Part shown: in pieces, positions 38,066-47,830 of the stretch
Layout of the letters: every line of letters begins with the position of its first letter
How positions within the stretch are numbered: the stretch's first letter is position 1
Assembly: GCA_036376635.1 (NCBI GenBank)
Contig: DASUZY010000052.1
Span: 7,905-71,904 of the forward strand
Direction of reading: 5' to 3'
Origin: Sphingomicrobium sp.
GTDB taxonomy: Bacteria > Pseudomonadota > Alphaproteobacteria > Sphingomonadales > Sphingomonadaceae
Length of the DNA stretch: 64,000 nucleotides
Position numbers and translations under genes: made by a program
The notes under the pieces: generated by a model
Seen by the model: the letters and a program-made list of their open reading frames with translations, nothing else
What the model was told of the DNA's origin: nothing
The model's database searches: none

Positions 38066-41000
38066 GCGACGATTCCGCCCAGTCGCCGCGGACTGGCACC
38101 TCGTTCATCAATCGCATCGTCGCCGTAAGTCTTGAGCAGCGGGTGCTGATCATCCTGCTCACCATCTTGCTGATCGGCGCCGGAATACGGGCCTGGAACC
38201 GGCTTCCGGTGGACGCTTACCCAGATCTCTCGCCACCAATGGTCGAGCTCATTACGCAGTGGCCCGGCCATTCGGCGGAAGAAGTAGAGCGCCTCATCAC
38301 GGTACCGATCGAGCGTGAGCTCAACGGCATTTCAAAAGAGAACAACGTCCGGTCGATATCGCTTTACGCACTCTCCGACGTAAGCATCACGTTCGATCAG
38401 GATACCGATCGCCATTTCGCTCGGCAGCAGGTGTTCAACCGGCTTGGCGATATCAGTCTGCCGACGGGAATCAGCCCGTCGGTATCGCCGCTGACGTCTC
38501 CGTCGGGCCTCATTTACCGGTACACGCTGCAGAGCCCGGATCGCTCTCCCACGGAATTGAAGACATTCGAGGATTGGACGGTCGAGCCCGCCTTCCGGTC
38601 CGTCCCGGGTGTCGCGGATGACTCAGGCTTCGGCGGCGGGTCGATGCAGTATCAGGTCCTGCTCGACCAGTACCGGCTCGCCGGCGCCGGCCTCTCGCCG
38701 CAGCAGGTCGAAAGCGCGCTTACCGCGAACAACAGCAATGGTGGCGGCGGCTTCTATTCCGAAGGTGGGCAATTCTATTACGTCCGGGGGCTCGGCCGGC
38801 TTCAGTCGACCGACGACATCGGCAATGTCGTCGTTGGCGTTCACGACGGCATTCCGACATTGGTCAAGGACGTTGGCCAGGTCACCTTGGGCATCGCTCC
38901 GCGCCTCGGTCAGTTCGGCATCGGCAACCAGAACGACGCGGTCGAAGGCGTGATCATGTTGCGCACCGGTGACAAGACTCAGGAGGTGCTGAAGCGGGTC
39001 GAGGCCAAGACGCAGGAGCTCAACAGCAGCATTCTTCCCAAGGACGTGAAGGTCGTGCCGTTCTACGATCGCTCCGACCTCGTCCACGAAACGGTGCTCA
39101 CCGTCGAACGCAACCTCCTGCGGGGCATGTTGCTCGTCGTCGTGGTGCTGATCTTCTTCCTTTACGACGTGCGATCCGGGCTGATCGTCGCGGTCACCAT
39201 TCCGCTTTCCCTATTGTTCGCCTTTGCTTGCCTCGATCTCCAGGGCGCGTCGGCAAACCTGTTATCCATCGGCGCGATCGACTTCGGGATTCTGGTCGAC
39301 GCTGCGGTGATCATGGTCGAGAATATCTACCGAAGATTGGCCGAGGCCGAACAGGACGATTCGCCTGCACGGATCATGACGATCGTTCGTGATGCGGCGG
39401 CCGAGGTCGATCGGCCGCTGTTCTACTCGGTCATCGTGATCGTGGTGAGCTTCCTGCCGATCTACGTCCTGACCGGTCCATCGGGCGTCCTGTTCAAGCC
39501 GATGGCCGATACGATGATCTTCGCGCTGATCGCGTCGCTGATCGTTACCCTGACACTGCTTCCGGTGCTCTGCTCCTGGCTGATGCGAAGCGGTGTCCGG
39601 GAGCGTCGCAACGCGATCTTCGAGCGCATTCGGGGCGCTTATGTTCGTGGCCTCGACCCCTGCCTCGCCAAGCCGAAACGGACCGTGGCCGTGTCGGCGG
39701 TGCTGCTCGCTTTGTCCCTGCTGATTTCGGCGGATGTTGGCTCGGAGTTCATGCCCCATCTGGACGAGGGCGCGCTGTGGGTTCGAGCGACGATGCCCTA
39801 CACCATTTCCTTCGATGAATCGGCAAGGATCGTGCCGCAAATCCGGTCGATCATCGCTTCCTTCCCTGAAGTCACGACAGTCGGTTCGGAGCACGGTCGC
39901 CCCGACGATGGCACTGATCCGACGGGCTTCTTCAACGCCGAATTCTACGTCGGGCTTAAGCCCTATTCGGAGTGGCACGGACGCTATCACAACAAGGCGG
40001 AGTTGATCGCCGCGATAAACAGCAAGCTCCAGTCCTTCCCCGGCATCACCTTCAATTACACCCAGCCCGCCGAAGATGCCGTCGACGAAGCGGAAACCGG
40101 GCTGAAGAGCGCGCTTGCAGTCAAGATATTCGGGCCCGATCTCGACACGCTGCAGGCCAAGGGGAAGGCGATTAAGGGCGTGCTTGAGCACGTGCGCGGA
40201 ATCCGCGACGTGACGCTGGTCCAGGAGCTTGGCCAGCCGAGCCTGACGATCAAGATCGATCGGGCCAAGATCGCCCGCTACGGCGTCAACGTCGACGATG
40301 TGAACGGGCTGATCCAGACCGCGATCGGCGGCGATGTCGCGACCCAGGTCGTCCAGCAGGAAAAGGAATTCGACCTCGTCGTGCGCCTGGCCGGGCAGTA
40401 CCGCGACAACCCGGTGGCGATCGGCAACATCCTCGTCGCGACGCCTGGTGGTCAGCACATTCCATTGAAGGAACTGGCCGACATTTCGGTGAGCAACGGC
40501 GCTTCGTTCATCTACCGCGAAAACAACAGCCGGTTCATCGGCGTCCAGTTCTCGGTCGAAGGCCGCGATCTTGCGGGTGCGGTGCAGGAGGCGATGGGGA
40601 AGGTCTCGCAGAACGTTCAACTGCCGCAGGGTTACCGGCTCGACTGGGGAGGAGAGTATAGCGAATATACTGCTTCGAGAGCGCAGCTCGCGGGAATCGT
40701 GCCGATCACGCTGCTATTGATCTTCTTCCTGCTGTTCGTGCTCTATCGGAACATCAAATTCCCCGCGATCGCGCTTGCGGGGGTGCTGATGTCGGCCCCG
40801 GTGGGCGGGATATTGGCCCTGTGGCTTACCGGAACTCCCTTCTCAGTCTCGTCTGGAATCGGGTTTCTCGCCTTGTTCGGAGTCTCGGTGCAGACGGCGC
40901 TTGTCTACATATCCTACGTGAATGAACTCCGGCTGGCGGGGACCGCGCTTGGCCCGGCAATCCGGGAAGCGGCGATTCTTCGGCTTCGCCCGATCATGAT

Positions 41001-41187
41001 GACCGCGCTCGTCGCGGCACTGGGATTGCTTCCGGCGGCGCTTGCGACGGGCGTCGGAACTGACACCCAGCGGCCATTCGCTTTGGTGATCGTCAGCGGC
41101 CTGTTCGCCTGCCTGTTAATCACGGTGTTTCTGATGCCCGCACTCTACTCGCTGGTCGCGCGCGAAGGCGACCGTCTGGAGATCTGA
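38062..41187 (+). CDS. CusA/CzcA-family heavy-metal RND permease
   Basis: LPVDAYPD, GAIDFGILVDAAVIMVEN, RLRPIMMTA, TQRPFALV. Confidence 0.92.
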   Translation: MSDDSAQSPRTGTSFINRIVAVSLEQRVLIILLTILLIGAGIRAWNRLPVDAYPDLSPPMVELITQWPGHSAEEVERLITVPIERELNGISKENNVRSISLYALSDVSITFDQDTDRHFARQQVFNRLGDISLPTGISPSVSPLTSPSGLIYRYTLQSPDRSPTELKTFEDWTVEPAFRSVPGVADDSGFGGGSMQYQVLLDQYRLAGAGLSPQQVESALTANNSNGGGGFYSEGGQFYYVRGLGRLQSTDDIGNVVVGVHDGIPTLVKDVGQVTLGIAPRLGQFGIGNQNDAVEGVIMLRTGDKTQEVLKRVEAKTQELNSSILPKDVKVVPFYDRSDLVHETVLTVERNLLRGMLLVVVVLIFFLYDVRSGLIVAVTIPLSLLFAFACLDLQGASANLLSIGAIDFGILVDAAVIMVENIYRRLAEAEQDDSPARIMTIVRDAAAEVDRPLFYSVIVIVVSFLPIYVLTGPSGVLFKPMADTMIFALIASLIVTLTLLPVLCSWLMRSGVRERRNAIFERIRGAYVRGLDPCLAKPKRTVAVSAVLLALSLLISADVGSEFMPHLDEGALWVRATMPYTISFDESARIVPQIRSIIASFPEVTTVGSEHGRPDDGTDPTGFFNAEFYVGLKPYSEWHGRYHNKAELIAAINSKLQSFPGITFNYTQPAEDAVDEAETGLKSALAVKIFGPDLDTLQAKGKAIKGVLEHVRGIRDVTLVQELGQPSLTIKIDRAKIARYGVNVDDVNGLIQTAIGGDVATQVVQQEKEFDLVVRLAGQYRDNPVAIGNILVATPGGQHIPLKELADISVSNGASFIYRENNSRFIGVQFSVEGRDLAGAVQEAMGKVSQNVQLPQGYRLDWGGEYSEYTASRAQLAGIVPITLLLIFFLLFVLYRNIKFPAIALAGVLMSAPVGGILALWLTGTPFSVSSGIGFLALFGVSVQTALVYISYVNELRLAGTALGPAIREAAILRLRPIMMTALVAALGLLPAALATGVGTDTQRPFALVIVSGLFACLLITVFLMPALYSLVAREGDRLEI

Positions 41188-41188
41188 G

Positions 41189-41216
41189 GAGCGCCGCCCC
41201 TTTAACAACGGCGCTC
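41189..41216 (+). terminator. Hairpin after the RND operon
   Basis: 8-bp stem gagcgccg...cggcgctc; no U-tract, so termination is uncertain. Confidence 0.35.
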
Positions 41217-41250
41217 ATAAGACTAGCTGAGTCTTCAAGGGAGTTAGCGC

Positions 41251-43050
41251 ATGTCCAGTTACGCCGATCGCCTCGCCGCCCTTCGTGAACAGCTCAAGGC
41301 CGAGAAACTCGATGGCTTCGTCGTTCCGCTCACCGACGAACATATGAGCGAATATGTCGGGAGTTACGCGCAGCGCCTCGCCTGGTTGACCGGCTTCGAG
41401 GGCTCCGCTGGTTCGGCGGTGGTGCTTCCCGAGGAGGCCGCGATCTTCGTCGATGGGCGCTACACGCTGCAGGTCCGCCAGCAAGTGTCGCCGACCGAGT
41501 GGAGTTATCAGTCGGTGCCCCAGACGAGCACGACGCAGTGGCTCGAGGAGCATGCGCCGCAGGGTGGTCGCATCGGGTACGATCCCTGGCTGCATACCAG
41601 CGACTGGGTGAAGAAGGCGAAGGACGCCCTGGCGACCCGCAACGCCGAGCTGGTGCCGGTGCAGAAGAACCCGATCGACGAGATCTGGAAGGATCGCCCG
41701 GAGACCTCCAAGGCGCACCTCGTCATCCAGTCGGACAAATATGCCGGCAAGTCCGCGGCCGAGAAGAGGACCGAGATCGGAGACTGGCTCGGCAAGCACA
41801 ATGCCGATGCGGCGGTGCTGTCCGCGCTGGATTCCATCGCCTGGGCGTTCAACATTCGCGGCGCGGACGTGACCCATACCCCGGTCGCGCTGGCTTATGC
41901 GTTGGTCCACGCCGACGGGACGGCGGATTTGTTCGTTGCGTCGGAGAAGATCACGCCAGAGCTTCGCCAACACCTGGGCAACGGCGTTCGGCTGCACGAA
42001 CGATACGAGTTCGAAGGCGCGCTCTCGGAACTCAAGGGCAAGACGGTGGTCGTCGACCCCGAACGTGCCGTGGCCGCGATCTTCGAAGCGCTGGAGAAAG
42101 CCGGCGCCAAGGTGCTGGCGCTCCGCGATCCGACGATCCTTCCCAAGGCGATCAAGAACCCCGCAGAGATTGCCGGACAGAGGGCGGCGCAGACCCGCGA
42201 TGGAGCGGCGATCGTCAAGTTCCTCCACTGGATCGACGAGGAGGCGCCTAAGGGCGACGTCGATGAACTGAAGGCATCCGACCATCTCGAGGCGCTCCGC
42301 CGCGAGAATGCCGAGCTACGCGACCTGTCATTCGACAGCATATCCGGTGCCGGCCCCAACGGCGCTGTCGTCCATTACCGGTCGAGCGAAAAGACCAATC
42401 GCAAGCTCGAGCAGGGCACGCTGTATCTGATCGACAGCGGGGGCCAGTATATCGACGGCACGACCGATATCACCCGGACCGTGCCAATTGGCGAGCCGAC
42501 CGCGGAGATGAAGGACCGCTTCACCCGCGTTCTCAAAGGCCATATCGCCATTGCAACCGCCGTGTTTCCGAAGGGCACGCGTGGAACGCAGCTCGATAGC
42601 TTTGCCCGGCGCCCGCTGTGGGAAGCCGGGCTCGATTATGCGCATGGCACCGGGCACGGCGTTGGCAGCTTCCTCGCGGTTCACGAGGGGCCGCAGCGTA
42701 TTTCGCCTGCCGGAAGCTCGCAGAGCGGAGGCGACGAGCCGCTCGCCGAAGGCATGATCATCTCGAATGAGCCCGGTTACTACAAGACCGGCGAATACGG
42801 CATCCGCATCGAGAATCTGGTGCTGGTCGTTCCGCGCGAAATTGGCGGCGCCGAGAAGGAGATGCTCGGCTTCGAGACGCTGACCTTCGCGCCGATCGAT
42901 CGTCGGCTGATCGACGTCGAAATGCTGGAGCCCGAGGAAATCACGTGGCTCAACTGCTATCACGCGCATGTGCTGGCGAAGATTGGTCCCACGGTGAGCG
43001 GCGCCGACCTTGATTGGTTGCGGCAGGCCTGCGCGCCGATTGGCGATTGA
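41251..43050 (+). CDS. Aminopeptidase P family (M24B)
   Basis: DEHMSEYV, DGRY, DSGGQYIDGTTDITRT, HGTGHGVG, VHEGPQ, NEPGYY, GIRIEN. Confidence 0.93.
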   Translation: MSSYADRLAALREQLKAEKLDGFVVPLTDEHMSEYVGSYAQRLAWLTGFEGSAGSAVVLPEEAAIFVDGRYTLQVRQQVSPTEWSYQSVPQTSTTQWLEEHAPQGGRIGYDPWLHTSDWVKKAKDALATRNAELVPVQKNPIDEIWKDRPETSKAHLVIQSDKYAGKSAAEKRTEIGDWLGKHNADAAVLSALDSIAWAFNIRGADVTHTPVALAYALVHADGTADLFVASEKITPELRQHLGNGVRLHERYEFEGALSELKGKTVVVDPERAVAAIFEALEKAGAKVLALRDPTILPKAIKNPAEIAGQRAAQTRDGAAIVKFLHWIDEEAPKGDVDELKASDHLEALRRENAELRDLSFDSISGAGPNGAVVHYRSSEKTNRKLEQGTLYLIDSGGQYIDGTTDITRTVPIGEPTAEMKDRFTRVLKGHIAIATAVFPKGTRGTQLDSFARRPLWEAGLDYAHGTGHGVGSFLAVHEGPQRISPAGSSQSGGDEPLAEGMIISNEPGYYKTGEYGIRIENLVLVVPREIGGAEKEMLGFETLTFAPIDRRLIDVEMLEPEEITWLNCYHAHVLAKIGPTVSGADLDWLRQACAPIGD

Positions 43051-43103
43051 ATAGCGACGTTTGTTCCCATAATGTTCTCCACCCGACTCGGAGGAGGCAT
43101 GAC

Positions 43104-43478
43104 ATGATCGGCTATGTGACGCTCGGTACGAACGACCGTGAAAAGTCGTCGAAATTCTACGACGCACTTTGTGGCGAACTCGGTGTCGGCAGAATGATGG
43201 AGAACGAGCAGTTCATTGCCTGGGGCAAGCATGGCGGCGGTGCGGGCATCGGCATCACCAAACCGTTCGACGGCAATACGGCAACAGTCGGCAATGGGGT
43301 GATGGTCGCGCTCGAGGCGAAGGATCAGTCGCAGGTGCAGCGCCTCTACGATATCGCCCTTGCCAATGGCGGCACCGACGAAGGTGCGCCTGGTGATCGG
43401 GGCGGTGGTTTCTATGCCGGCTACTTCCGCGACCCGGACGGCAACAAGCTCAATGCTTTCACGATGGGGGCGGAGTGA
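43104..43478 (+). CDS. VOC/glyoxalase family protein
   Basis: MIGYVTLGTND...FYD...FYAGYFRDPDGNKL; ggagg SD; start reassigned to 43104. Confidence 0.9.
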   Translation: MIGYVTLGTNDREKSSKFYDALCGELGVGRMMENEQFIAWGKHGGGAGIGITKPFDGNTATVGNGVMVALEAKDQSQVQRLYDIALANGGTDEGAPGDRGGGFYAGYFRDPDGNKLNAFTMGAE

Positions 43479-43870
43479 CAACAAAGTCACTCTTCGATTA
43501 CCCGATCCACCTCGGGCGCGGCGCTCTCGCAGTTGAGGAGCCGAAGTTCACGGGCTTCGAGTGGTACGAGCAATATGTCGACCGCCACGCTGACGATTTG
43601 GACGAGGGCCGGCTCGTCTCGCTGTTCCGGTTCGAGGAGCCTTGGACCAGCTGGGAGGTTCATCCACACGGCGAGGAGGTCGTCTGTTGCGTGCAGGGCC
43701 ACATGACCCTTCGTCAGGAGCTGGCTGACGGCAGCGTGCAGTCCCATGAGCTGGGACCGGGCGATTATGCGATCAACCCGCGTGGCGTTTGGCATACCGC
43801 CGATGCAGACAGCCCGGTGGTGGCGCTGTTCATCACTGCCGGGAAAGGGACCGAGAACCGTCCAAGGTGA
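43475..43870 (+). CDS. Cupin-domain protein
   Basis: WEVHPHGEEVV...INPRGVWH; 4-nt overlap with the VOC gene. Confidence 0.85.
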   Translation: MTTKSLFDYPIHLGRGALAVEEPKFTGFEWYEQYVDRHADDLDEGRLVSLFRFEEPWTSWEVHPHGEEVVCCVQGHMTLRQELADGSVQSHELGPGDYAINPRGVWHTADADSPVVALFITAGKGTENRPR

Positions 43871-43961
43871 CCTGTCCGTCCCGTTATGTGACGAAATCGT
43901 CAGTTCCTATTAATTGCGTGTTTAATCCATTGTCGATAAAAGGAAATCACGGAGCTGATTC

Positions 43962-44090
43962 GTGATCAACGCACTTCAACTGGCCCTTGCCATCATTCTC
44001 CTGGGAGCCGTGATCTGGCTCGGCGACGCGATCGCCGGCGGGATCGACAGCGCGCTCGGTGAGAAGAAGATGCGCGACCGCGACGCCTGA
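43962..44090 (+). CDS. Small single-TM protein, 42 aa (not in the ORF track)
   Basis: Own translation MINALQLALAIILLGAVIWLGDAIAGGIDSALGEKKMRDRDA; ggag SD 7 nt upstream; AT-rich promoter region. Confidence 0.55.
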   Translation: MINALQLALAIILLGAVIWLGDAIAGGIDSALGEKKMRDRDA

Positions 44091-44092
44091 GT

Positions 44093-44215
44093 TCAATCCT
44101 CTCGGCGCCCCTTGTCGGCTGCGCCGATTTCACGCGACTGAGCTTTCCTTCGCCGCAGATTTTCGCGCAGCGCTGCCGCCAGCCGCTCGTCGCGTTCCTT
44201 GTCTTTCCCGGACAT
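44093..44215 (-). CDS. Small basic protein, 40 aa
   Basis: MSGKDKERDERLAAALRENLRRRKAQ...; the RLAAALRENLRRRK pattern is one I recall from small alphaproteobacterial hypotheticals. Confidence 0.6.
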   Translation of the reverse strand: MSGKDKERDERLAAALRENLRRRKAQSREIGAADKGRRED

Positions 44216-44329
44216 CTCGTCCACATGCCCGCCGCGCTTCACACCCGCAAGCATGCCCCAGTCATGCGCAAGGGACGGGTTGACGCACGCGGGGGCACCT
44301 TCCATAGGCGCGCCTCTCTCGGACAAAGT

Positions 44330-44404
<75 letters not shown>

Positions 44405-44466
44405 TTTTCGCCCTCATGAGGTCGTGAGGCATGGCGAAGCGGAAATTCCCGCGCTAGCGCGCAAGA

Positions 44467-45468
44467 ATGCGCTTCGTTTCCGACAATGCCGCCGCCGCGC
44501 ACCCCAAGGTTTTGGAAGCCATTGCCGCGGCCAACCGACCCGACGCCGCCTATGACGGGGATGCGCTGAGCAGGCAGCTGGACGGCGCCTTCTCCGACCT
44601 GTTCGGCAAGGAGGTCCGCGCCTTTTGGGTGACCACCGGCACCGCTGCCAACTGCCTTGCGCTAGCTGCGCTTTGCCCTCCCTATCGTGCAATCCTCTGC
44701 CACCGCGACGCGCACGTCGAGGTGGATGAAGCAGGAGCGCCGGGCTTCTTCACGGGCGGTGCCAAGCTTGTCTTGCTGGAAGGCAGGGGCGCAAAGATCA
44801 CTCCCGACGCAGTCACGGCCGCTTGCGATGGCATCCGCAAGGATGTGCACCAGGTCCAGCCAGCTGCCGTCACCATCACTAATGCGACCGAATACGGGCT
44901 CGTCTATCGCGCCAACGAGGTCGCTGCGCTGGGTGAGGTCGCCAGACAGCGAGGTCTCAACTTCCACATGGATGGCGCGCGGCTGGCCAACGCGCTGGCG
45001 AGCACCGGCGAGAGCCTTGCGGACGTGACCTGGCGTGCCGGCGTCGATGCACTGAGCTTCGGGTTCGTGAAGAACGGCGGACTCAACACCGAGTGCCTGA
45101 TCCTGTTCAGGCCGGAATTCGCCGACGAGATCGCGGTGCGCCGCAAGCGGGCGGGACATTTGCTGTCGAAGGGACGCTATCTCGCCGCGCAGATCCTTGC
45201 GATGCTCGACGGCGATCTCTGGCTTGAGAACGCGCGCGCGGCCAACTCCGCAGCCCGGAAACTGGCGGAGGCCGCACCGCACCGGCTGGTTTATCCGGCC
45301 GAGGCGAACGAGGTGTTCCTGAACGTGTCCCAGGACGAAGTAGCGTCGCTCCGGTCGCAGGGATTCGACTTCTACGAGTGGGGACCCGGTGAAATCCGGC
45401 TGGTGACGAGTTGGGATGACGGAGGTGAGGCGCTCGATCGGCTTGCGACTGCAATCGCCTCGCTGTGA
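44467..45468 (+). CDS. Low-specificity L-threonine aldolase family
   Basis: MRFVSDN, AAYDGD, TGTAAN, HMDGARLAN, SFGFVKNG. Confidence 0.88.
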   Translation: MRFVSDNAAAAHPKVLEAIAAANRPDAAYDGDALSRQLDGAFSDLFGKEVRAFWVTTGTAANCLALAALCPPYRAILCHRDAHVEVDEAGAPGFFTGGAKLVLLEGRGAKITPDAVTAACDGIRKDVHQVQPAAVTITNATEYGLVYRANEVAALGEVARQRGLNFHMDGARLANALASTGESLADVTWRAGVDALSFGFVKNGGLNTECLILFRPEFADEIAVRRKRAGHLLSKGRYLAAQILAMLDGDLWLENARAANSAARKLAEAAPHRLVYPAEANEVFLNVSQDEVASLRSQGFDFYEWGPGEIRLVTSWDDGGEALDRLATAIASL

Positions 45469-45547
45469 GGCGCATAAGCGCTGTTTATCGCCGCGCTCCC
45501 CGCATTGATTGGCGGGTCAGGTGACCGATCGCCTAAGACTCTCAGCG

Positions 45548-46513
45548 ATGAAGCCGCGCCATATCCTCGACGGCACCGAGCTGCACTCTGAACCGAGGCG
45601 CGGTGCGGCACCCTCGGTCGCCATCCCATTCATCATTTTCACGGCCATCTGGGGCTCGACCTGGATCGTGATCACCGGCCAGCTCGGGTCAGTTCCGCCC
45701 CAGTGGTCGGTGACCTACCGCTTCGCAATCGCGGCCGTCGCGATGGCGGCCCTTGCGAAGTGGAAGGGGGAGAGCCTCAATCTCGGGCCCAAGGGGCTTC
45801 TCCCCGCCGCTTTCCTGGGATTCTGTCAGTTCTGTGTAAACTTCAACGCGGTGTACCTCGCCGAACGGCACATCACGTCCGGCGTGGTGGCGACCGTGTT
45901 CGCCTTGCTGCTGATCCCCGCAACGTTGCTCGGCTGGCTGTGGCTCGGCCACAGGCCGAGCAAGCGCTTCGCCTGGAGCTCGCTGGTCGCGGTGAGCGGC
46001 ATCGTGCTGCTGTTCGTCCACGAATTGCGGGAGCACCCCGCGGAAGACCGTCAGATTATCGCCGGAATCGCGCTCACCTTCGTCGGCATGCTCGGCGCTG
46101 CAGTTGCGAACGTTGCCCAGGCAAGGCCGGAAATTCGCCGCTTTCCGCTGCTCGGCCTGCTCGCCTGGTCAATGGCCGCGGGCGCGATCATCGATGGCCT
46201 CATCGCTTTCGCGATGACGGGGGCGCCGGTGCTCGATCCACGTCCGGGTTATTGGCTGGGGGTGCTCTACCTGGCGCTATTTGCCTCGGTGCTGACGTTC
46301 AGCCTTTATTACCCGGTCGTCCGGCGGATCGGTCCAGGCAAGGCCGCATATTCGAGCGTCATCGTGCCGATCATCGCGATGGGCTTTTCGACCTGGCTTG
46401 AACATTATCGCTGGACCGGCGTCGCGGTGGCCGGAGCCGTTCTGGCTCTCGGCGGGATGGCGGCGGCGCTTGGCAGAGATCGCTCGGGGGTTCCGGCTCC
46501 GGACGCTGCCTGA
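45548..46513 (+). CDS. DMT/EamA family transporter
   Basis: IWGSTW, ~10 hydrophobic segments, YLALFASV, IGPGKAAY. Start 45521 or 45548. Confidence 0.88.
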   Translation: MKPRHILDGTELHSEPRRGAAPSVAIPFIIFTAIWGSTWIVITGQLGSVPPQWSVTYRFAIAAVAMAALAKWKGESLNLGPKGLLPAAFLGFCQFCVNFNAVYLAERHITSGVVATVFALLLIPATLLGWLWLGHRPSKRFAWSSLVAVSGIVLLFVHELREHPAEDRQIIAGIALTFVGMLGAAVANVAQARPEIRRFPLLGLLAWSMAAGAIIDGLIAFAMTGAPVLDPRPGYWLGVLYLALFASVLTFSLYYPVVRRIGPGKAAYSSVIVPIIAMGFSTWLEHYRWTGVAVAGAVLALGGMAAALGRDRSGVPAPDAA

Positions 46514-46527
46514 CGCGTTACTGGGAT

Positions 46528-46749
46528 ATGCCGTCAACCGTAATCCGCCGCTTCGTTTACGACGAGATGGAGGGGAACCTGTGGGTCGAGTTCACGACCG
46601 GCCGCCGCTACGTTTATTCCGAGGTGCCGCAGGAGGTGGCCGACGCATTTCGCGGGGCCTTTGCCAAGGGCGTTTACTTCAACACCCGCATTCGCGACCG
46701 TTTCCCGCATCGGGAAGTGACTCACTCGAACGCCGAAACCCAATCTTAA
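46528..46749 (+). CDS. KTSC-domain protein
   Basis: MPSTVI...YD...L-x-VEF..G..Y.Y..VP...F..A.AKGVYFN..IR. Confidence 0.88.
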   Translation: MPSTVIRRFVYDEMEGNLWVEFTTGRRYVYSEVPQEVADAFRGAFAKGVYFNTRIRDRFPHREVTHSNAETQS

Positions 46750-46772
46750 GCCGCATCGCCGACAATAAGGAC

Positions 46773-46931
46773 ATGTTCCCGTTCCGGCTGAGCACGATCT
46801 TCACCAACCGCTGGATGGCGATCCTGTGGGCGGCCGGGATCATCTGGTTCGCCTATGATTTCGCGGGCTCGATGCCCCAGGACGATAATTCGGATGCCAA
46901 TCAGGCGGCAGCAGCGTCCAACGCGCTTTAG
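46773..46931 (+). CDS. Small single-TM protein, 52 aa
   Basis: MFPFRLSTIFTNRWMAILWAAGIIWFAYDF...; aagga SD. Lies inside the track's 46398 ORF. Confidence 0.55.
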   Translation: MFPFRLSTIFTNRWMAILWAAGIIWFAYDFAGSMPQDDNSDANQAAAASNAL

Positions 46932-46934
46932 CCG

Positions 46935-47444
46935 CTATTTCCAGTCGATACGCTCGATATGCCAATGCCGCTGAGCTTCCGTTGATCCCGGCACATCATT
47001 GACTCTTCGCAACACGGCGTCGGCCGAGCGATCGATATGCTTGCCGTCCTGGTCGCCAGAGATCGTCAGCGGGACACTGACATAGATCGAGCCGGCAGCG
47101 CCTTCCTGGTCTCCCGCCGTTCCCTGACTTGCGTGAAGGTGCGAATAGCCATTGAACTGCTTGTCGAATTCCGATCGAGAGAGAGCATTCGGCCCAAGCA
47201 GCATGTAAGCGTCATCCAGCTTGCCGCTGTTGATGAGCGCGACGAAGCCGCGAACCAATTCCTCTGCCGCAGCACTGCTTTTGGGGTCGATTGTCGGCCG
47301 AGGTGTCGGCGGCAGGGGTGCAGGCGAGGGCACCCATTGGTTGATCGTTGCCGGTGCTTGGTTCCGCGGCGCTGGCGGCGCGGGTTTTGAACATCCGGCA
47401 AGCAGCGCCGAAACGCCAAGTGCGCAAATCAACCTGTTCATCAT
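46935..47444 (-). CDS. Lipoprotein of unknown function
   Basis: MMNRLICALGVSALLAGC lipobox; Pro-rich linker; C-domain GAAGSIYVSVP...LRRVNDVPGST...WHI. Confidence 0.8.
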   Translation of the reverse strand: MMNRLICALGVSALLAGCSKPAPPAPRNQAPATINQWVPSPAPLPPTPRPTIDPKSSAAAEELVRGFVALINSGKLDDAYMLLGPNALSRSEFDKQFNGYSHLHASQGTAGDQEGAAGSIYVSVPLTISGDQDGKHIDRSADAVLRRVNDVPGSTEAQRHWHIERIDWK

Positions 47445-47521
47445 CGCTTCTCCCATACGGAACCGCGCCAGCGGCAGTTCGTTCGTTTCGCCACAACAAC
47501 AGGGTTTAGGGAGAGTTTCCA

Positions 47522-47722
47522 ATGGCCGACGATCGCGACGACGTCGAACGCGAACATACGACCGTGGTGGAGACCGGCAGCGGAGGCGGAGGCGGCGTCC
47601 TTGCCGTGGTGCTGCTGATCATCATCGTGCTGGTTCTGCTCTACGTGTTTCGTGGCCAGCTTGGACTTACGCATTCCAGCGTCGTTCCAAGCACCGTGAA
47701 CATCAACGTCAATCATAGCTAA
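47522..47722 (+). CDS. Small single-TM protein, 66 aa
   Basis: Acidic N-terminus, Gly linker, strongly hydrophobic helix; ggagag SD. Confidence 0.7.
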   Translation: MADDRDDVEREHTTVVETGSGGGGGVLAVVLLIIIVLVLLYVFRGQLGLTHSSVVPSTVNINVNHS

Positions 47723-47763
47723 ACATCGAGCGCGGACGGGTTGCGAGTCCCTGTCCGCCGCGC

Positions 47764-47798
47764 GGGCGCGGTTCCCAACAGGGGCCGCGCCCGTTTGC
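47764..47798 (+). terminator. Probable terminator hairpin
   Basis: gggcgcgg...ccgcgccc stem followed by a short T-rich run. Confidence 0.45.
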
Positions 47799-47830
47799 TT
47801 GTGCAGCGCTGACGCTCTAACCGGCGGTGC

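Noticed and set aside
35446-41187. RND heavy-metal efflux operon as a novel or mobile element
   Set aside because: It is an ordinary OMF-MFP-CzcA-type triad with no mobility genes. The metal specificity cannot be read from the sequence.
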